Shown here: positions 1 to 10,234 of the stretch, piece by piece
Layout: each line of letters starts with the position of its first letter
Numbering within the stretch: the stretch's first letter is position 1
From: Leptospirillia bacterium
GTDB taxonomy: Bacteria > Nitrospirota > JACRHL01
DNA length: 64,000 nucleotides
NCBI GenBank assembly: GCA_046754085.1
Contig: JBHHVE010000013.1
Location: forward strand, 1,190-65,189
Reading direction: 5' to 3'
Program-made: the position numbers and the translations under genes
The notes under the pieces: generated by a model
Databases searched by the model: none
Told to the model about the DNA's origin: nothing
Seen by the model: only the letters and a program-made list of their open reading frames with translations

Positions 1-101
1 GTGGGGCTTTCATACTCGTCATCCAGCAGGGCGATGGCGGCATCCGGGCGCGCCTCCGCCCGATCGCCATAGTAGCGGCGGTGGGTCAGTTTGAGATACA
101 C
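1..101 (-). CDS. Partial hypothetical protein (N-terminus only, runs off the window edge)
   Basis: GTG at 101 preceded by GGAG; open frame MYLKLTHRRYYGDRAEARPDAAIALLDDEYESP..., just downstream of the bactofilin gene. Confidence 0.5.
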   Translation of the reverse strand, partial: MYLKLTHRRYYGDRAEARPDAAIALLDDEYESP

Positions 102-128
102 AGCCGATCTCTCCGACCGGTGCGCCGG

Positions 129-641
129 CTAGACCATCTCCGCGACGGGCTTGGCCGGCGTGCTGGAGGAGGGTTTTTCCTGAATTTTGGGCTTGTTGAC
201 CGGGGTATCGCTCATGCCGGGCTTCTGCATCTCGATGCTGCCCTGGAAGAAGGCCCCATCGTTGATCACCAGCCGGGGCGAACGGATGTTGCCCTTGAGG
301 GAACCGGACTCGCTGATCTCCACCCGCTCGCTGGCGACCACATCCCCCTCCACCTTGCCGGTGATGGTTACCATGCGCGCAAACAGGTTGGCGTTGACCC
401 GACCCTCTTCACCAATCACCAGATTGTTGTCGGTCAGGGTGATCTTTCCGTCAACGGTTCCCTCCACGGTCAGGTCCTCGTTACCCGACAACTCCCCCTT
501 GATCACAATCGACTTTCCGATCACGGCCACTGTGCTCATCGGCTTGCTCCTGTTCATCTCGGAAACGTTTTTGGAATGGGTCTCGACCTCGTCGGGCCGA
601 ACCTTACTCACGCCATCAGGCGGCGTCTTTCGATTCCACAT
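129..641 (-). CDS. Bactofilin (polymer-forming cytoskeletal protein)
   Basis: IGKSIVIKGELSGNEDLTVEGTVDGKI...GSLKGNIRSPRLVINDGAFFQGSIEM beta-helix signature; GGAGAG RBS. Confidence 0.9.
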   Translation of the reverse strand: MWNRKTPPDGVSKVRPDEVETHSKNVSEMNRSKPMSTVAVIGKSIVIKGELSGNEDLTVEGTVDGKITLTDNNLVIGEEGRVNANLFARMVTITGKVEGDVVASERVEISESGSLKGNIRSPRLVINDGAFFQGSIEMQKPGMSDTPVNKPKIQEKPSSSTPAKPVAEMV

Positions 642-795
642 AATCGGTCACTCTCCACAAGCCGGAATCACCCGAGGTGGAAACCCACCTGCTGGATTCG
701 CCCGGCATTTCCCGAAAACTGCTCCAACTTTCAATGATGGAACAACAAGTCATAATTTTCAAGCAATTGCGCCCGCCTCTGAAGGGCAGGACGGC

Positions 796-1281
796 TCAGA
801 TGGCTTCCATACGCCAGGCGATTTCCCGCAACCGGTCCGCCTCAAGCGCCCCGCGGGCGGCGGAAAACAGAAACCGCTCGTCCTTGAAGAAGTGACTTTT
901 TTTCGCCCACACCAGCCGGTTGCCGATTTCGAGCAATTCCAGCACCGCCGGGTCATCGCCCTTCACCTGGGTCAGATCGATGGACTCCAGCACCTTGTTA
1001 AATCGCTTTCTGAGTGAATCGAGTTGGCGGTGCTCCTTCTCGACCATTTCGATCGGGCCGATCTTGCCGCCCATCAACCGCTCAACCTCCTCAATCAGGA
1101 TCGCCTCCCGGCGCTCGTGTTGAAGAAAGTCGTGGTTGATCAGCTGAATGGCGTTCTGGATTGCCGCTTCCCACTCCCCCGGACTCTCCAGAAGATCGGA
1201 AAAGTTGACGATATACCGGCTTATCTTCCGGTGCTCCTCAACCAGAATATCCACCGGGTGAACGAACTCGGGCGACTCCAT
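796..1281 (-). CDS. Hemerythrin/HHE cation-binding domain protein
   Basis: EEH, HERRE, EKEH and HFFKDERFLF motifs; GPIEMVEKEH; ATG 1281 with GGAGG RBS. Confidence 0.75.
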   Translation of the reverse strand: MESPEFVHPVDILVEEHRKISRYIVNFSDLLESPGEWEAAIQNAIQLINHDFLQHERREAILIEEVERLMGGKIGPIEMVEKEHRQLDSLRKRFNKVLESIDLTQVKGDDPAVLELLEIGNRLVWAKKSHFFKDERFLFSAARGALEADRLREIAWRMEAI

Positions 1282-1389
1282 CGTACAACCTCCACTGACC
1301 GCTCCGGTTACCGGAGACGGCACTGCCACAAGATCCGGGCGTCATTATACCGGAATCTCGCAGCCGATTTTTGTTTTCCCCCGGACGCC

Positions 1390-1418
1390 CTGCACCGTAC
1401 CTGCGGAACCGCTACAAT
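1390..1418 (+). promoter_or_regulatory. Sigma70-type promoter of rnpB
   Basis: CTGCAC-N17-TACAAT ending 6 nt before the rnpB 5' end. Confidence 0.55.
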
Positions 1419-1424
1419 AGGGAC

Positions 1425-1833
1425 GGGCCCAAGCCGGCCGGATGACCGCCGGTGTCCGCCTCACTTCGGTGAGGCGGACGCGGGAGGAAAGTCCGGGCTC
1501 CACAGAACAGGGTGCTGGGTAACGCCCAGGCGGGGTAACCCGACGGAAAGTGCCACAGAAAACATACCGCCAGCGGCCCTCTTTTGCGGGAGGGTGCGGG
1601 CAAGGGTGAAAAGGTGGGGTAAGAGCCCACCGCTCCCACTGGTGACAGGGGAGGCACGGCAAACCCCACCTGGAGCAAGATCAAATAGGGGGACGATTGA
1701 GGGCGGTTCGTCCGATGTTCCCGGGTTGATCGCTTGAGGCCCGGAGCAATCCGGGCCCTAGATGGATGGTCATCGCCCCGGCGCCCGCAAGGGACCGGGG
1801 AACAGAACTCGGCTTACAGGCCGGCTTGGACCC
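1425..1833 (+). ncRNA. rnpB: RNase P RNA (type A)
   Basis: GAGGAAAGTCCGGGCTCC, GGAAAGTGCCACAGAAAA, GGTGAAAAGGTGGGGTAAGAGCCCACC and AACAGAACTCGGCTTA conserved motifs; P1 pairing 1425-1439 with 1819-1833. Confidence 0.97.
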
Positions 1834-1860
1834 GCCCCCCCTTCATCCGAGACAGCGCGG

Positions 1861-2601
1861 TCAGGCAGTCGATTGTTCCTGGGCATCCTGTTCCGCGCCC
1901 GCCTCGGGGGCGAACAGAAGCCGGTGACACTGGGGGCACTGGTGGATATCCTCACCCCGCTTGACCTCGGACACCAGCTGGGGCGGCACATTCAATTTGC
2001 AGCCGCTACAGGTGTAGCCCTCTATCCCGACCAGCGCATGGCGCATGGTCTGGGCGATACGCTCGTAACGGCGCAGCAGTTTTTTGTCCACCTTATCGGC
2101 GCGGTTGCTGCGCTCGGTGGCTTGGCGCACCACATCCTCTTCAATCACACCCAGTTCGGCATCCACCTTGGCCCGTTCCGCTTCGTAGACGGCGCGGCGC
2201 TCTTCGAGTACCACCCGGTACCCTTCCAGGGTTTCCTTGAGCTGGTCCGCATCGGTGAGCAGTGTCAGAATCTGCTCTTCAAGTTTGCCGATGGTGGCTT
2301 GTATCCCATCCATTTCCTGGATGTAGGCCTGGTATTCGCGGGTGTTGGTAATTTCCTTGATGTGACTCTTTAGACGAACCATGTGGGCCTCGTTCTCGGC
2401 AAGCTCGGCCTCAAGCCCCCGACGCGCTTTCTCCCGCTCGGCGAAGGCGGCTTCCGCCTCCTGAACCTCTTGCTCAGCTTCTGAAAACGCCGAATATTCC
2501 TCAGCCACCTTCTCAGGCAGTTTTTTCTGTTGGATGCGCGCCCTGGCGATGGCCTCGTCGACCTCTTGCAGTTCCAGGAGGAGCCGAAGCTGATCTTGCA
2601 A
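1861..2601 (-). CDS. Coiled-coil C4-type zinc ribbon protein (DUF164/CT398-like)
   Basis: Long coiled coil followed by CSGC...CPQC; LQDQLRLLLELQEVD N-terminus; likely TTG start at 2601. Confidence 0.88.
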   Translation of the reverse strand: MQDQLRLLLELQEVDEAIARARIQQKKLPEKVAEEYSAFSEAEQEVQEAEAAFAEREKARRGLEAELAENEAHMVRLKSHIKEITNTREYQAYIQEMDGIQATIGKLEEQILTLLTDADQLKETLEGYRVVLEERRAVYEAERAKVDAELGVIEEDVVRQATERSNRADKVDKKLLRRYERIAQTMRHALVGIEGYTCSGCKLNVPPQLVSEVKRGEDIHQCPQCHRLLFAPEAGAEQDAQEQSTA

Positions 2602-2678
2602 CGTGAATGGTTCCTTTCCGTTTGTTGCCGCCTTCACCCTCAACAGGAAGGCATACCGGTTAAAGCCCGGGAGGGGTT

Positions 2679-2755
<77 letters not shown>

Positions 2756-2799
2756 GCCGTACCCGGTCGATTATCCGACCGGGTCGCCCGTGCGGTCCC

Positions 2800-4596
2800 T
2801 CAGCCTATCATATCCACGAACGACCGCAGTCGCTTTGAACGGGACGGGTGACGAAGTTTGCGCAACGCCTTGGCCTCAATCTGGCGAATCCGCTCACGGG
2901 TCACGTCAAAACTCTGCCCCACTTCCTCCAGGGTATGCTCCTGCTCCTGGCCGATCCCGAAGCGCTTGCGCAGCACCAGTTCCTCCCGCGGCGTCAGCCC
3001 CGCGAGAATCGTGTCAATCTGCCGCTGCAGGTCGAAACGGACCGCGCTCTCCACCGGCGACACGGCGTTCTTGTCCTCAATAAAGTCACCCAGGTGGGAG
3101 TCCTCCTCCTCACCGATGGGGGTTTCCAGGGAGATCGGCTCCTTGGCGATCTTCTGGATCTTGCGCACTTTGTCGAGGCTCATTTCCATGCGCTCGGCCA
3201 ACTCCTCGGTGGTCGGTTCGCGGCCGTGCTCCTGCACCAGTTGGCGGGACACCCGGATCAGCTTGTTGATGGTCTCGATCATGTGCACCGGGATACGGAT
3301 GGTGCGGGCCTGGTCCGCAATGGCGCGGGTGATGGCCTGACGGATCCACCAGGTGGCGTAGGTGGAGAACTTGTACCCGCGACGGTACTCGAACTTGTCC
3401 ACCGCCTTCATCAGGCCGATGTTGCCCTCCTGAATCAGATCGAGGAACTGCAACCCACGGTTGGTGTACTTCTTGGCGATGGAAACCACCAGCCTGAGGT
3501 TGGCCTCGATCAGTTCGGTCTTGGCGATTTCGGTCTTGAGCACACCACGATTGTAACTTTTCTTGCACTCCTTGAACTCTTCCGGGCTGATCCCGATCAG
3601 GTCCACCACGTCATAGATTTCCGTCTCGGCCTCGCTGAAGCGGGTAAACAAATCACTCAGCGCATCCGGCTCAATATTCAACTGCTTCGCCACCACCGCG
3701 ACGTCGGCGTCGTCCTCCAGCGCCGTAAAGCCCTGGCGCATCTCCTCGGTGGTCACGCCCAACCGCTTACGGCAGTAGGCAATGGTCTTCTCGGCCGCAA
3801 GCAGGCGCTGGTACGCATCGTTAAAGCGGTCGCCCAGATCGCTGGCAACCAGCGGCACCAGGTTCACCTCGTTGACCATCTCGGCAATCGCGGCGCGGCT
3901 CTCATTCAGCTTGAGCTTGAGACGGCGGCGATGGTTCAGATCCTCACACTCCTGCCACTCGTCGTGCAGCTTGGCCAGCGCGCTACCGGCACGGCGCACC
4001 TTGCGCATCACCGACAGGTAGTGCTCCTGAATTGGGCCGAAGTCGGGTTCCTGATCCGGCTGAATATCCTCCGGACGGGGCACCACCACGTTCTTGATGG
4101 AGATGTTCTCATCGCCTTTGCGGATCGCGTCGTACAGCTCGCCCAAGCGCCGCAGGCCCATCGGCAGCGTGAACAGCACGGCGCTGGTCTCCTGCTTGCC
4201 GGCCTCAATGCGCTTGGCGATTTCGATCTCGCCCTGACGGGTGAGCAGGGACACGGTACCCATCTCCTTGAGGTACAGGCGCACCGGATCATCGGTTCGG
4301 GAAAATTCTCCGGGGGACAGGTCGATGGCCTTATCCGCCGCGGTTCGGCCGCCTCCGCGGGGCCTGCGGGACGAAATGACGCCGAGGTCGCTGTCATCCC
4401 CGATCATCACGTCACCTTCGAGCACCTCGATGTCCAGTTCCCGGAGGACATTGATGACTTGCTCGATCTGGTCCGGCAACACGAAGTCGGCGGGCAGGTG
4501 CTGATTCAGGTCGTCGTAGGTCAGATGACCCTTTTCCCGACCCAACTCAACCATTGTGTTGATTTCTTCCATTTTCTCCACACCCTGCATCTTCAT
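2800..4596 (-). CDS. rpoD: RNA polymerase primary sigma factor RpoD
   Basis: [75 protein letters not shown]; start trimmed to ATG 4596. Confidence 0.98.
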   Translation of the reverse strand: MKMQGVEKMEEINTMVELGREKGHLTYDDLNQHLPADFVLPDQIEQVINVLRELDIEVLEGDVMIGDDSDLGVISSRRPRGGGRTAADKAIDLSPGEFSRTDDPVRLYLKEMGTVSLLTRQGEIEIAKRIEAGKQETSAVLFTLPMGLRRLGELYDAIRKGDENISIKNVVVPRPEDIQPDQEPDFGPIQEHYLSVMRKVRRAGSALAKLHDEWQECEDLNHRRRLKLKLNESRAAIAEMVNEVNLVPLVASDLGDRFNDAYQRLLAAEKTIAYCRKRLGVTTEEMRQGFTALEDDADVAVVAKQLNIEPDALSDLFTRFSEAETEIYDVVDLIGISPEEFKECKKSYNRGVLKTEIAKTELIEANLRLVVSIAKKYTNRGLQFLDLIQEGNIGLMKAVDKFEYRRGYKFSTYATWWIRQAITRAIADQARTIRIPVHMIETINKLIRVSRQLVQEHGREPTTEELAERMEMSLDKVRKIQKIAKEPISLETPIGEEEDSHLGDFIEDKNAVSPVESAVRFDLQRQIDTILAGLTPREELVLRKRFGIGQEQEHTLEEVGQSFDVTRERIRQIEAKALRKLRHPSRSKRLRSFVDMIG

Positions 4597-4637
4597 CTTC
4601 CCCTTTTTTACGTCTGCCCGCTTAACGGGACGTGTTC

Positions 4638-6410
4638 TCACCCAGTTGCGATTTGCTGGCCCACCCGAGCCAACGCGTTCTTCTGTTCCAGTAGCGCCCG
4701 AACCTTCGCCACATCCCCGTTTGCCTCGGCCGCCCGAATATCTTCCAGTAGGCGGCGACCCACTTCCCGAGTCTCTTTTTTCATCAAATCCGCCACACAC
4801 TCCTCGGCGCAGACCATCGCGTCACCTTCCAGCGCCAACTCGCGGCTCATCAAGCCGGTCACCAGCCCCATGGCCGGCATATCGGCCTGCAGCAGGGTAA
4901 CGACCCCATCCACACCGTTGCCGGCGGCGACACTTGCCTCCAGCGCCTCCGCCACCACCCGAGCCCGCGGATCGGTGTAGGCGCTGGCGCACACCCGATC
5001 GCACAACCAGCCCGCGTCCACCTTCTCCTGAAGGGCCAGTGCCAGCAGCAGCGCTTCGCCGAACGGTATCGGCTGCGACGTCCGGCGGGTTGCCGTATCG
5101 TCACCCGCCGGCCCACGGCGCGGGTTGCCGCGTTTAAGGTGGCGGGACAGATCCGTCTCGCGCACCCCGAGCGCCTCGGCCACGCGGCCCAGGTAGTGTC
5201 CCCGGCGCATCGGATCACCAATCCGCCCGAGCACATCAAATACCGGCTGCGCCGCCACCAGCCGCCGTTCAACCGGGGCCTGCCCGTGACCATTCAGGCA
5301 ATCAGCAAGCAGGAATTCCATCATCGGCACCCCGGCGGTAAGCCGCTCCCGCAGCCGTTCCGACCCCTCACTACGCGCCAGGGAGTCCGGATCCTCGCCA
5401 GTGGGAAGCGTGACGACGGTCACCTCCACCGGATACGGCGCCAGAACCGCTGCCGCCTTTCTGGCCGCGGCCCGGCCTGCGGCATCGCCGTCAAACACCA
5501 GGTCCACCCGGTTCGTAAAGCGGGCCAAAAGCCTGCCGTGCTCCTCGGTGAGCGCCGTGCCCAGGGGCGCCACCGCCCAGTCCACACCATGGGTGTGACA
5601 GGCGATCACATCCATATAGCCTTCCACCACCGCAATCCGCGCCAGCTGTCCGCTGCGCCGCTTGGTCTGATGCAGGCCATAGAGCACCCGGCTCTTGCTG
5701 TAGAGCGGCGTCTCGGGCGAATTCAAATACTTCGGCGTGCGATCTCCGATGGCACGCCCGCCGAACCCGACCAGGTCACCGCTCGCGGAACGGATCGGAA
5801 ACATCAGCCGACCCCGGAACCGGTCGTACACCCGACCGCTGTCTTCGCGCTTAACGGTCACTCCGGCCAGCAGCAAATCCGCCTCGGACAAGCCACTACG
5901 GCGCAACCGCCCGGTCAGGCCGTCCCAACTGTCGGCGGCCCAGCCCAGTTCGAACGCCGCCACGGCATCCGCACCCAAACCACGCTCCGCAAGGTACCGG
6001 GCAGGGGTATCGTCACTTCCAACACCCCCAACCTGACCACAAAACACCGACTGCGCTGCCTCGTTCACCCGCTTGACCCGCTCCCGATCATCCCGGCCGC
6101 GGCCCCCATCGTCCTCACCCGCGGTAATCAACACGCCGTAGCGGTCGGCCAGATGGCGCACGGCTTCGGGAAACGCCAGCCGCTCCATCTTCATCATGAA
6201 GGTGATGACGTTGCCGCCTTCGCCACAGCCGAAGCAGTGAAAAATCTGTTTGGCGGCGTTGACGGAAAACGACGGCGATTTTTCGCTATGGAACGGACAC
6301 AGGCCGAAGTGGTTCTGACCCTTGCGCTGAATCGGCACGTGCGCCGATACCACCTCGACGATGTCGGCCGCAGCCTTCACCCGCTCTATTTGATCGTCCG
6401 GAATCTGCAC
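4638..6410 (-). CDS. dnaG: DNA primase
   Basis: [11 protein letters not shown] and CFGCG zinc finger, [28 protein letters not shown]. Confidence 0.97.
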   Translation of the reverse strand: MQIPDDQIERVKAAADIVEVVSAHVPIQRKGQNHFGLCPFHSEKSPSFSVNAAKQIFHCFGCGEGGNVITFMMKMERLAFPEAVRHLADRYGVLITAGEDDGGRGRDDRERVKRVNEAAQSVFCGQVGGVGSDDTPARYLAERGLGADAVAAFELGWAADSWDGLTGRLRRSGLSEADLLLAGVTVKREDSGRVYDRFRGRLMFPIRSASGDLVGFGGRAIGDRTPKYLNSPETPLYSKSRVLYGLHQTKRRSGQLARIAVVEGYMDVIACHTHGVDWAVAPLGTALTEEHGRLLARFTNRVDLVFDGDAAGRAAARKAAAVLAPYPVEVTVVTLPTGEDPDSLARSEGSERLRERLTAGVPMMEFLLADCLNGHGQAPVERRLVAAQPVFDVLGRIGDPMRRGHYLGRVAEALGVRETDLSRHLKRGNPRRGPAGDDTATRRTSQPIPFGEALLLALALQEKVDAGWLCDRVCASAYTDPRARVVAEALEASVAAGNGVDGVVTLLQADMPAMGLVTGLMSRELALEGDAMVCAEECVADLMKKETREVGRRLLEDIRAAEANGDVAKVRALLEQKNALARVGQQIATG

Positions 6411-6514
6411 CCGTACGCCTTCCCCCCACCAGTTACCTTGGTCTGGTCGCCCGCCGCTTCCCCTGCCGCCTGTCGCCCGCCTAACCCGCGATCAACGCCA
6501 CAAACACATCGTCG

Positions 6515-6958
6515 TCACGCCAGTTTTTCCCGCACCTTTGCGCTCACTGTGGAGCCGTCGGCCTGGCCCGCACATCGGGCCAACACACATTTCATAACTG
6601 CGCCCATGTCTTTCATACCTGTGGCGCCGGTTTCCGACACGGCCGCATCGACAATCCGTTCCAACGCCTCGTCCGAGAGTTGAGGTGGCAGATACGCCTG
6701 TATCACCTCAATCTCAAATTTTTCCTGATCCGCCAGATCCTGACGCCCGCCGGCCTCGTACTGGGCCCGGGAATCCTTGCGCTGCTTGATGGCCGTTTGC
6801 ACGATGGCCGTCTCTTCGGCATCCTCAAGTGGCCTGCGCAACTCGATTTCCCGATTCTTAAGCGCCGCCTGAAGCATGCGGAGGGTACCCACAACACCCT
6901 TTTCCCCCGCCTTCATGGCCACTTTCAGGTCTGCCTGAATTCTCTCCCGCAGTCCCAT
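6515..6958 (-). CDS. yqeY: GatB/YqeY domain protein
   Basis: LKVAMKAGEK...IKQRKDS..QYEAGGRQDLADQE...YLPPQLS...DMGAVMK. Confidence 0.92.
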   Translation of the reverse strand: MGLRERIQADLKVAMKAGEKGVVGTLRMLQAALKNREIELRRPLEDAEETAIVQTAIKQRKDSRAQYEAGGRQDLADQEKFEIEVIQAYLPPQLSDEALERIVDAAVSETGATGMKDMGAVMKCVLARCAGQADGSTVSAKVREKLA

Positions 6959-7046
6959 TTATCTAACCCCAAGGCATCAATGTGAAGCCCCGCCGAATCC
7001 GACCAGAGCAAGCCGGGGTACGACCGCCCCCTCAAGGAAATTCTCA

Positions 7047-7075
7047 AATGTAGCCGGGACTTGGGAGACTGTCAA
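7047..7075 (-). promoter_or_regulatory. Sigma70 promoter for yqeY-dnaG-rpoD
   Basis: TTGACA-N17-TACATT on the minus strand. Confidence 0.7.
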
Positions 7076-7207
7076 CCATACATCCGTTTGGACACGAGAC
7101 AGCCCGCCCCCTTATCGCCAATCTTAGCCGCTGATCAGGGGTATGTCTTGTTTTCCGAAGGGAAAAAAATATCTTTCCCGGAACGGCCAGCGGGCACGGC
7201 GCCCCAC

Positions 7208-10200
7208 TCAGAAACGCCAGATCAGGTCGCCACCAACGCGTCCCTCTTCGAGGTCAAACGCGGGAACGTGCCGATAGTGCCCGGACAGACGGGCGGTGAG
7301 GCGCCCTCGAACGGTCCGCTCCGCCTCCGCGGTCAGTCCATGGTGGACGAAGTGGTCATTGGCCGGATCCTCGTCCCAACTCATACCCCACTCGTAGCGC
7401 AGCAGGTAAAAGCGGCACGGTCGCTCCCCCGGCGCCAGTTGCACGTACAGCACGGGCCCGGTCCGGTTCACGGTGTCATAAGCAAACGCGTTTTTGTTAA
7501 AGCGAACATGGTCCAGACGCGCCCCAAAGGTCAGTGGCGCAAGAGCCGGATGCACATAATCGGCCCACACCGCCGCCCGCAACTCCCGGTTGGACGGCGA
7601 CACCTGAGGACTGCCGCTCACCACCACAGTCACTGGCTCATAGCTACGGGTGGTGACCTGGGCGCCGAAACGGAACGGGAACGGCCGCCTCCAATGGTCA
7701 CTGATGGTGGCCTCCACAACCCGCACGAACACCAGATCACGCCCGACCGCCTCATCAAGGAAGCGCCCGAGCTGATAGTCCCGGGCGATACGGGCTTCCA
7801 TCCGGTGGTCGGAAAGGGTCAGACGCGCGCCACCGGAGATCCGCTGCAGGGTGCCGCCGTCGCTGTAGCCCCCCAAAGCATAGCGCCCGAACACATGGCT
7901 TCTGGGGGTCAGTTGCCGCTCCGCCTCAAGGTACAGGGTGCGCTCGCGGAACAATTGGTAGCTCTGTTGCGGTGGAATACTCCGGCCCAGAAACGGCCCC
8001 TGGGTGAATCCCGCCGAAAACGCCCGATCCCACCGCTGTCGTTGCCACGCAAAGGCAAGACGGGTGTAGCGCTTGTCGGCAATCGAGTTGGCATCGTTCG
8101 GCGAAAAATCGGCGAACCCGGCACTGGCGCTGACCCGGTCACCGTCCCGCGGCGTGAACCCGGCGGACAGGATGGCGTCTGAACGGTCAAAGTCGTAAAT
8201 CACGCCGCCGCTGCTCCGGTTCACCAGGGAATTGTCCCGAACCCGGTAGGTCGCCCCCAACTCAAGGCGCGGCGTCACGTGCTGACGACCATCCAGATAA
8301 AGGCTCCGGGTTTTGTAGCGCACCAGATTCGCGGGGCCGGACAGGGTCGAATCGGCGCGCCCATCCAGGTCGAGGACCACGGAATACTCGAAACCGGCCG
8401 CAAGCACCGGATGCCCCCCCGCCCGTGCCGCCATCCACCCCCGGCACAGGGCACAATCCCGCGGATACTCCTCGATCAGCGCCCGGTACTTTTCCTCCGC
8501 CGCGGCAAACCGAAGCTGGCGATAGTCGAGCTGCGCCGCCAGCTTGCGCCCCTCAAAAGAGTCCGGATCGGCCTTGAGGTGCTGTTCCAGCCACTCCGCC
8601 GCGCCCGGCGTGCCGGTCTGTGCCGGAAGCCCCGTGAACCAGTTTGCTTTTGACGGCCCCGAATTGCCGGAGCCATTCCTGCCGGCGTCGGCATCAGCCT
8701 CCCCCCGTTCGGCGATCTCCACAGCAGCCGCAAGCCGTTCCGCAGCAACCGCGAGACGGGTGGCGGCAACCGCAAGCTCGTCCCCTTCCTCACCCGGTTG
8801 TGGCGGCACCGCGGCAATGACCGCCACCTGCGTCATGGGCAGCGTGGGCAATGAGCCCAACTCCGCCATCAGGCGCGCCGCCATACCCTTCCGGCGGGTG
8901 GCGGCGGTTTCCAGCCGATATTCGGCAAGCGAGGGCGCGGGGGCGGTACCCGCCCGGACTGGCACCGCCACGTGGTCACCCGGATAAATCCGGTGCGGGT
9001 TATGGATGGCGGGATTGGCCCGCCATACGGCGCGCCAGGCCCGGGGAGTCCCCAGGAAACGGTTTGCGATCCGCCCCAGGGTATCGCCATCCCGCACCGT
9101 GTAATTCACCCGCTCGGGCTGACCGGTCAGGGCGGCGAGCCGGGTCCGGGGCACCGGCACCCACACCACCTTCCCCGGATGGATGAGGTAGGGGTCCGTC
9201 ATGTCCGGGTTGGCGGCAAGCAATTCAGCCCAGCGTCGAGCGTCACCCAGGTAGCGCCGGGCGATGTGGCTCAGGGTGTCGCCGGCAGATACCGTGTGGG
9301 AAAGCATCACCGTTTCCGGCCCGAAGCCCTTTCCGCCGCCTCCGGCGGCGGACGTCGTGGAGGCGGCGCCAGGGGTGAATTGCGCGGACGCGTCCGGCCC
9401 TGGCGATCCCCCCAGGTTATCCATGGCCAGTTCAATGTGGGCGCGGCCCAGCAATGCGCCCGGATGCGCCCGATCCTGTTCCAGGGCCGCAACGTAATGG
9501 ACGCGGGCGGTCTCATAGTCGCCCAGCCAGCGGTGCACGTCACCGGCCCGTACCCACAGGTCGGCCCGCTCCAGATGCATCCTCAGGGCGTCCCTGTAGA
9601 GCCGAACGGCATCGTCCAGATACCCCATCCGCTCAAATACCCGACCGAGGTCGATAACCCGCTCCGGATCGTCCGGGGAACGGTCCAGAAGCGCCTTAAA
9701 GTGCGCCGCCGCCGTGGGGTACCAGCGCAGGGAAAAGGCCATCTGCGCCAGCCTGCGCTCCCGCTCCTCGCCGGTGTAGGCCTGCCCGGCCAGGGCATAG
9801 GCCGGACGCAGCCGGCCCGTTTTCAGGTAGACCACGCTCAGGCCTTTTTGCGCGTCCCGGTAGCCCGGCGCAAGCTCAAGGGCGCGCGTGAGGCGCTGTT
9901 CGGACCGGCCCAGGTCCTCCGTCTGGAGGGCCAGCAGGCCGTCCCCCAACAGACCGTCAACATGGTCCGGGTCGATGGCAAGCAGACGGGAAAAGGCGTC
10001 CCGTGATTCATTCAGGTTGCCGGACCAGCGCAGTACGGTGCCCAGCCAGAACAGCGCCTCGGGCCGGTCTCCGGCATTTCTGTAAAGTTCGGCGGCGTGC
10101 TGAAAGTCGCCCGATTCACGTGCGGCATGGGCGGAGAAAAGACCGCCCGCTTCGCTCTCCGGAGCAGCCAGCGCACATGCCGGGAACATCAGCCAAAAGG

Positions 10201-10234
10201 CGATGACGAGGGTGGCCAGCCAGCGCACGCTCAC
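7208..10234 (-). CDS. Secreted TPR + 2x LysM + C-terminal outer-membrane beta-barrel protein (putative polysaccharide export porin)
   Basis: Signal peptide (..ACALA); TPR repeats; two LysM motifs (HTVSAGDTLSHIARRYLG.., YTVRDGDTLGRIANRFLG..); amphipathic strand-rich C-terminus ending in IWRF. Confidence 0.75.
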   Translation of the reverse strand: MSVRWLATLVIAFWLMFPACALAAPESEAGGLFSAHAARESGDFQHAAELYRNAGDRPEALFWLGTVLRWSGNLNESRDAFSRLLAIDPDHVDGLLGDGLLALQTEDLGRSEQRLTRALELAPGYRDAQKGLSVVYLKTGRLRPAYALAGQAYTGEERERRLAQMAFSLRWYPTAAAHFKALLDRSPDDPERVIDLGRVFERMGYLDDAVRLYRDALRMHLERADLWVRAGDVHRWLGDYETARVHYVAALEQDRAHPGALLGRAHIELAMDNLGGSPGPDASAQFTPGAASTTSAAGGGGKGFGPETVMLSHTVSAGDTLSHIARRYLGDARRWAELLAANPDMTDPYLIHPGKVVWVPVPRTRLAALTGQPERVNYTVRDGDTLGRIANRFLGTPRAWRAVWRANPAIHNPHRIYPGDHVAVPVRAGTAPAPSLAEYRLETAATRRKGMAARLMAELGSLPTLPMTQVAVIAAVPPQPGEEGDELAVAATRLAVAAERLAAAVEIAERGEADADAGRNGSGNSGPSKANWFTGLPAQTGTPGAAEWLEQHLKADPDSFEGRKLAAQLDYRQLRFAAAEEKYRALIEEYPRDCALCRGWMAARAGGHPVLAAGFEYSVVLDLDGRADSTLSGPANLVRYKTRSLYLDGRQHVTPRLELGATYRVRDNSLVNRSSGGVIYDFDRSDAILSAGFTPRDGDRVSASAGFADFSPNDANSIADKRYTRLAFAWQRQRWDRAFSAGFTQGPFLGRSIPPQQSYQLFRERTLYLEAERQLTPRSHVFGRYALGGYSDGGTLQRISGGARLTLSDHRMEARIARDYQLGRFLDEAVGRDLVFVRVVEATISDHWRRPFPFRFGAQVTTRSYEPVTVVVSGSPQVSPSNRELRAAVWADYVHPALAPLTFGARLDHVRFNKNAFAYDTVNRTGPVLYVQLAPGERPCRFYLLRYEWGMSWDEDPANDHFVHHGLTAEAERTVRGRLTARLSGHYRHVPAFDLEEGRVGGDLIWRF

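Noticed and set aside
1024-1991. ORFs overlapping rnpB
   Set aside because: The region is explained by RNase P RNA and the hemerythrin gene
2848-6683. Long + strand ORFs (710 aa, 514 aa) opposite rpoD and dnaG, and many similar ORFs across the window
   Set aside because: Antisense shadows of high-GC3 genes, with no recognisable motifs
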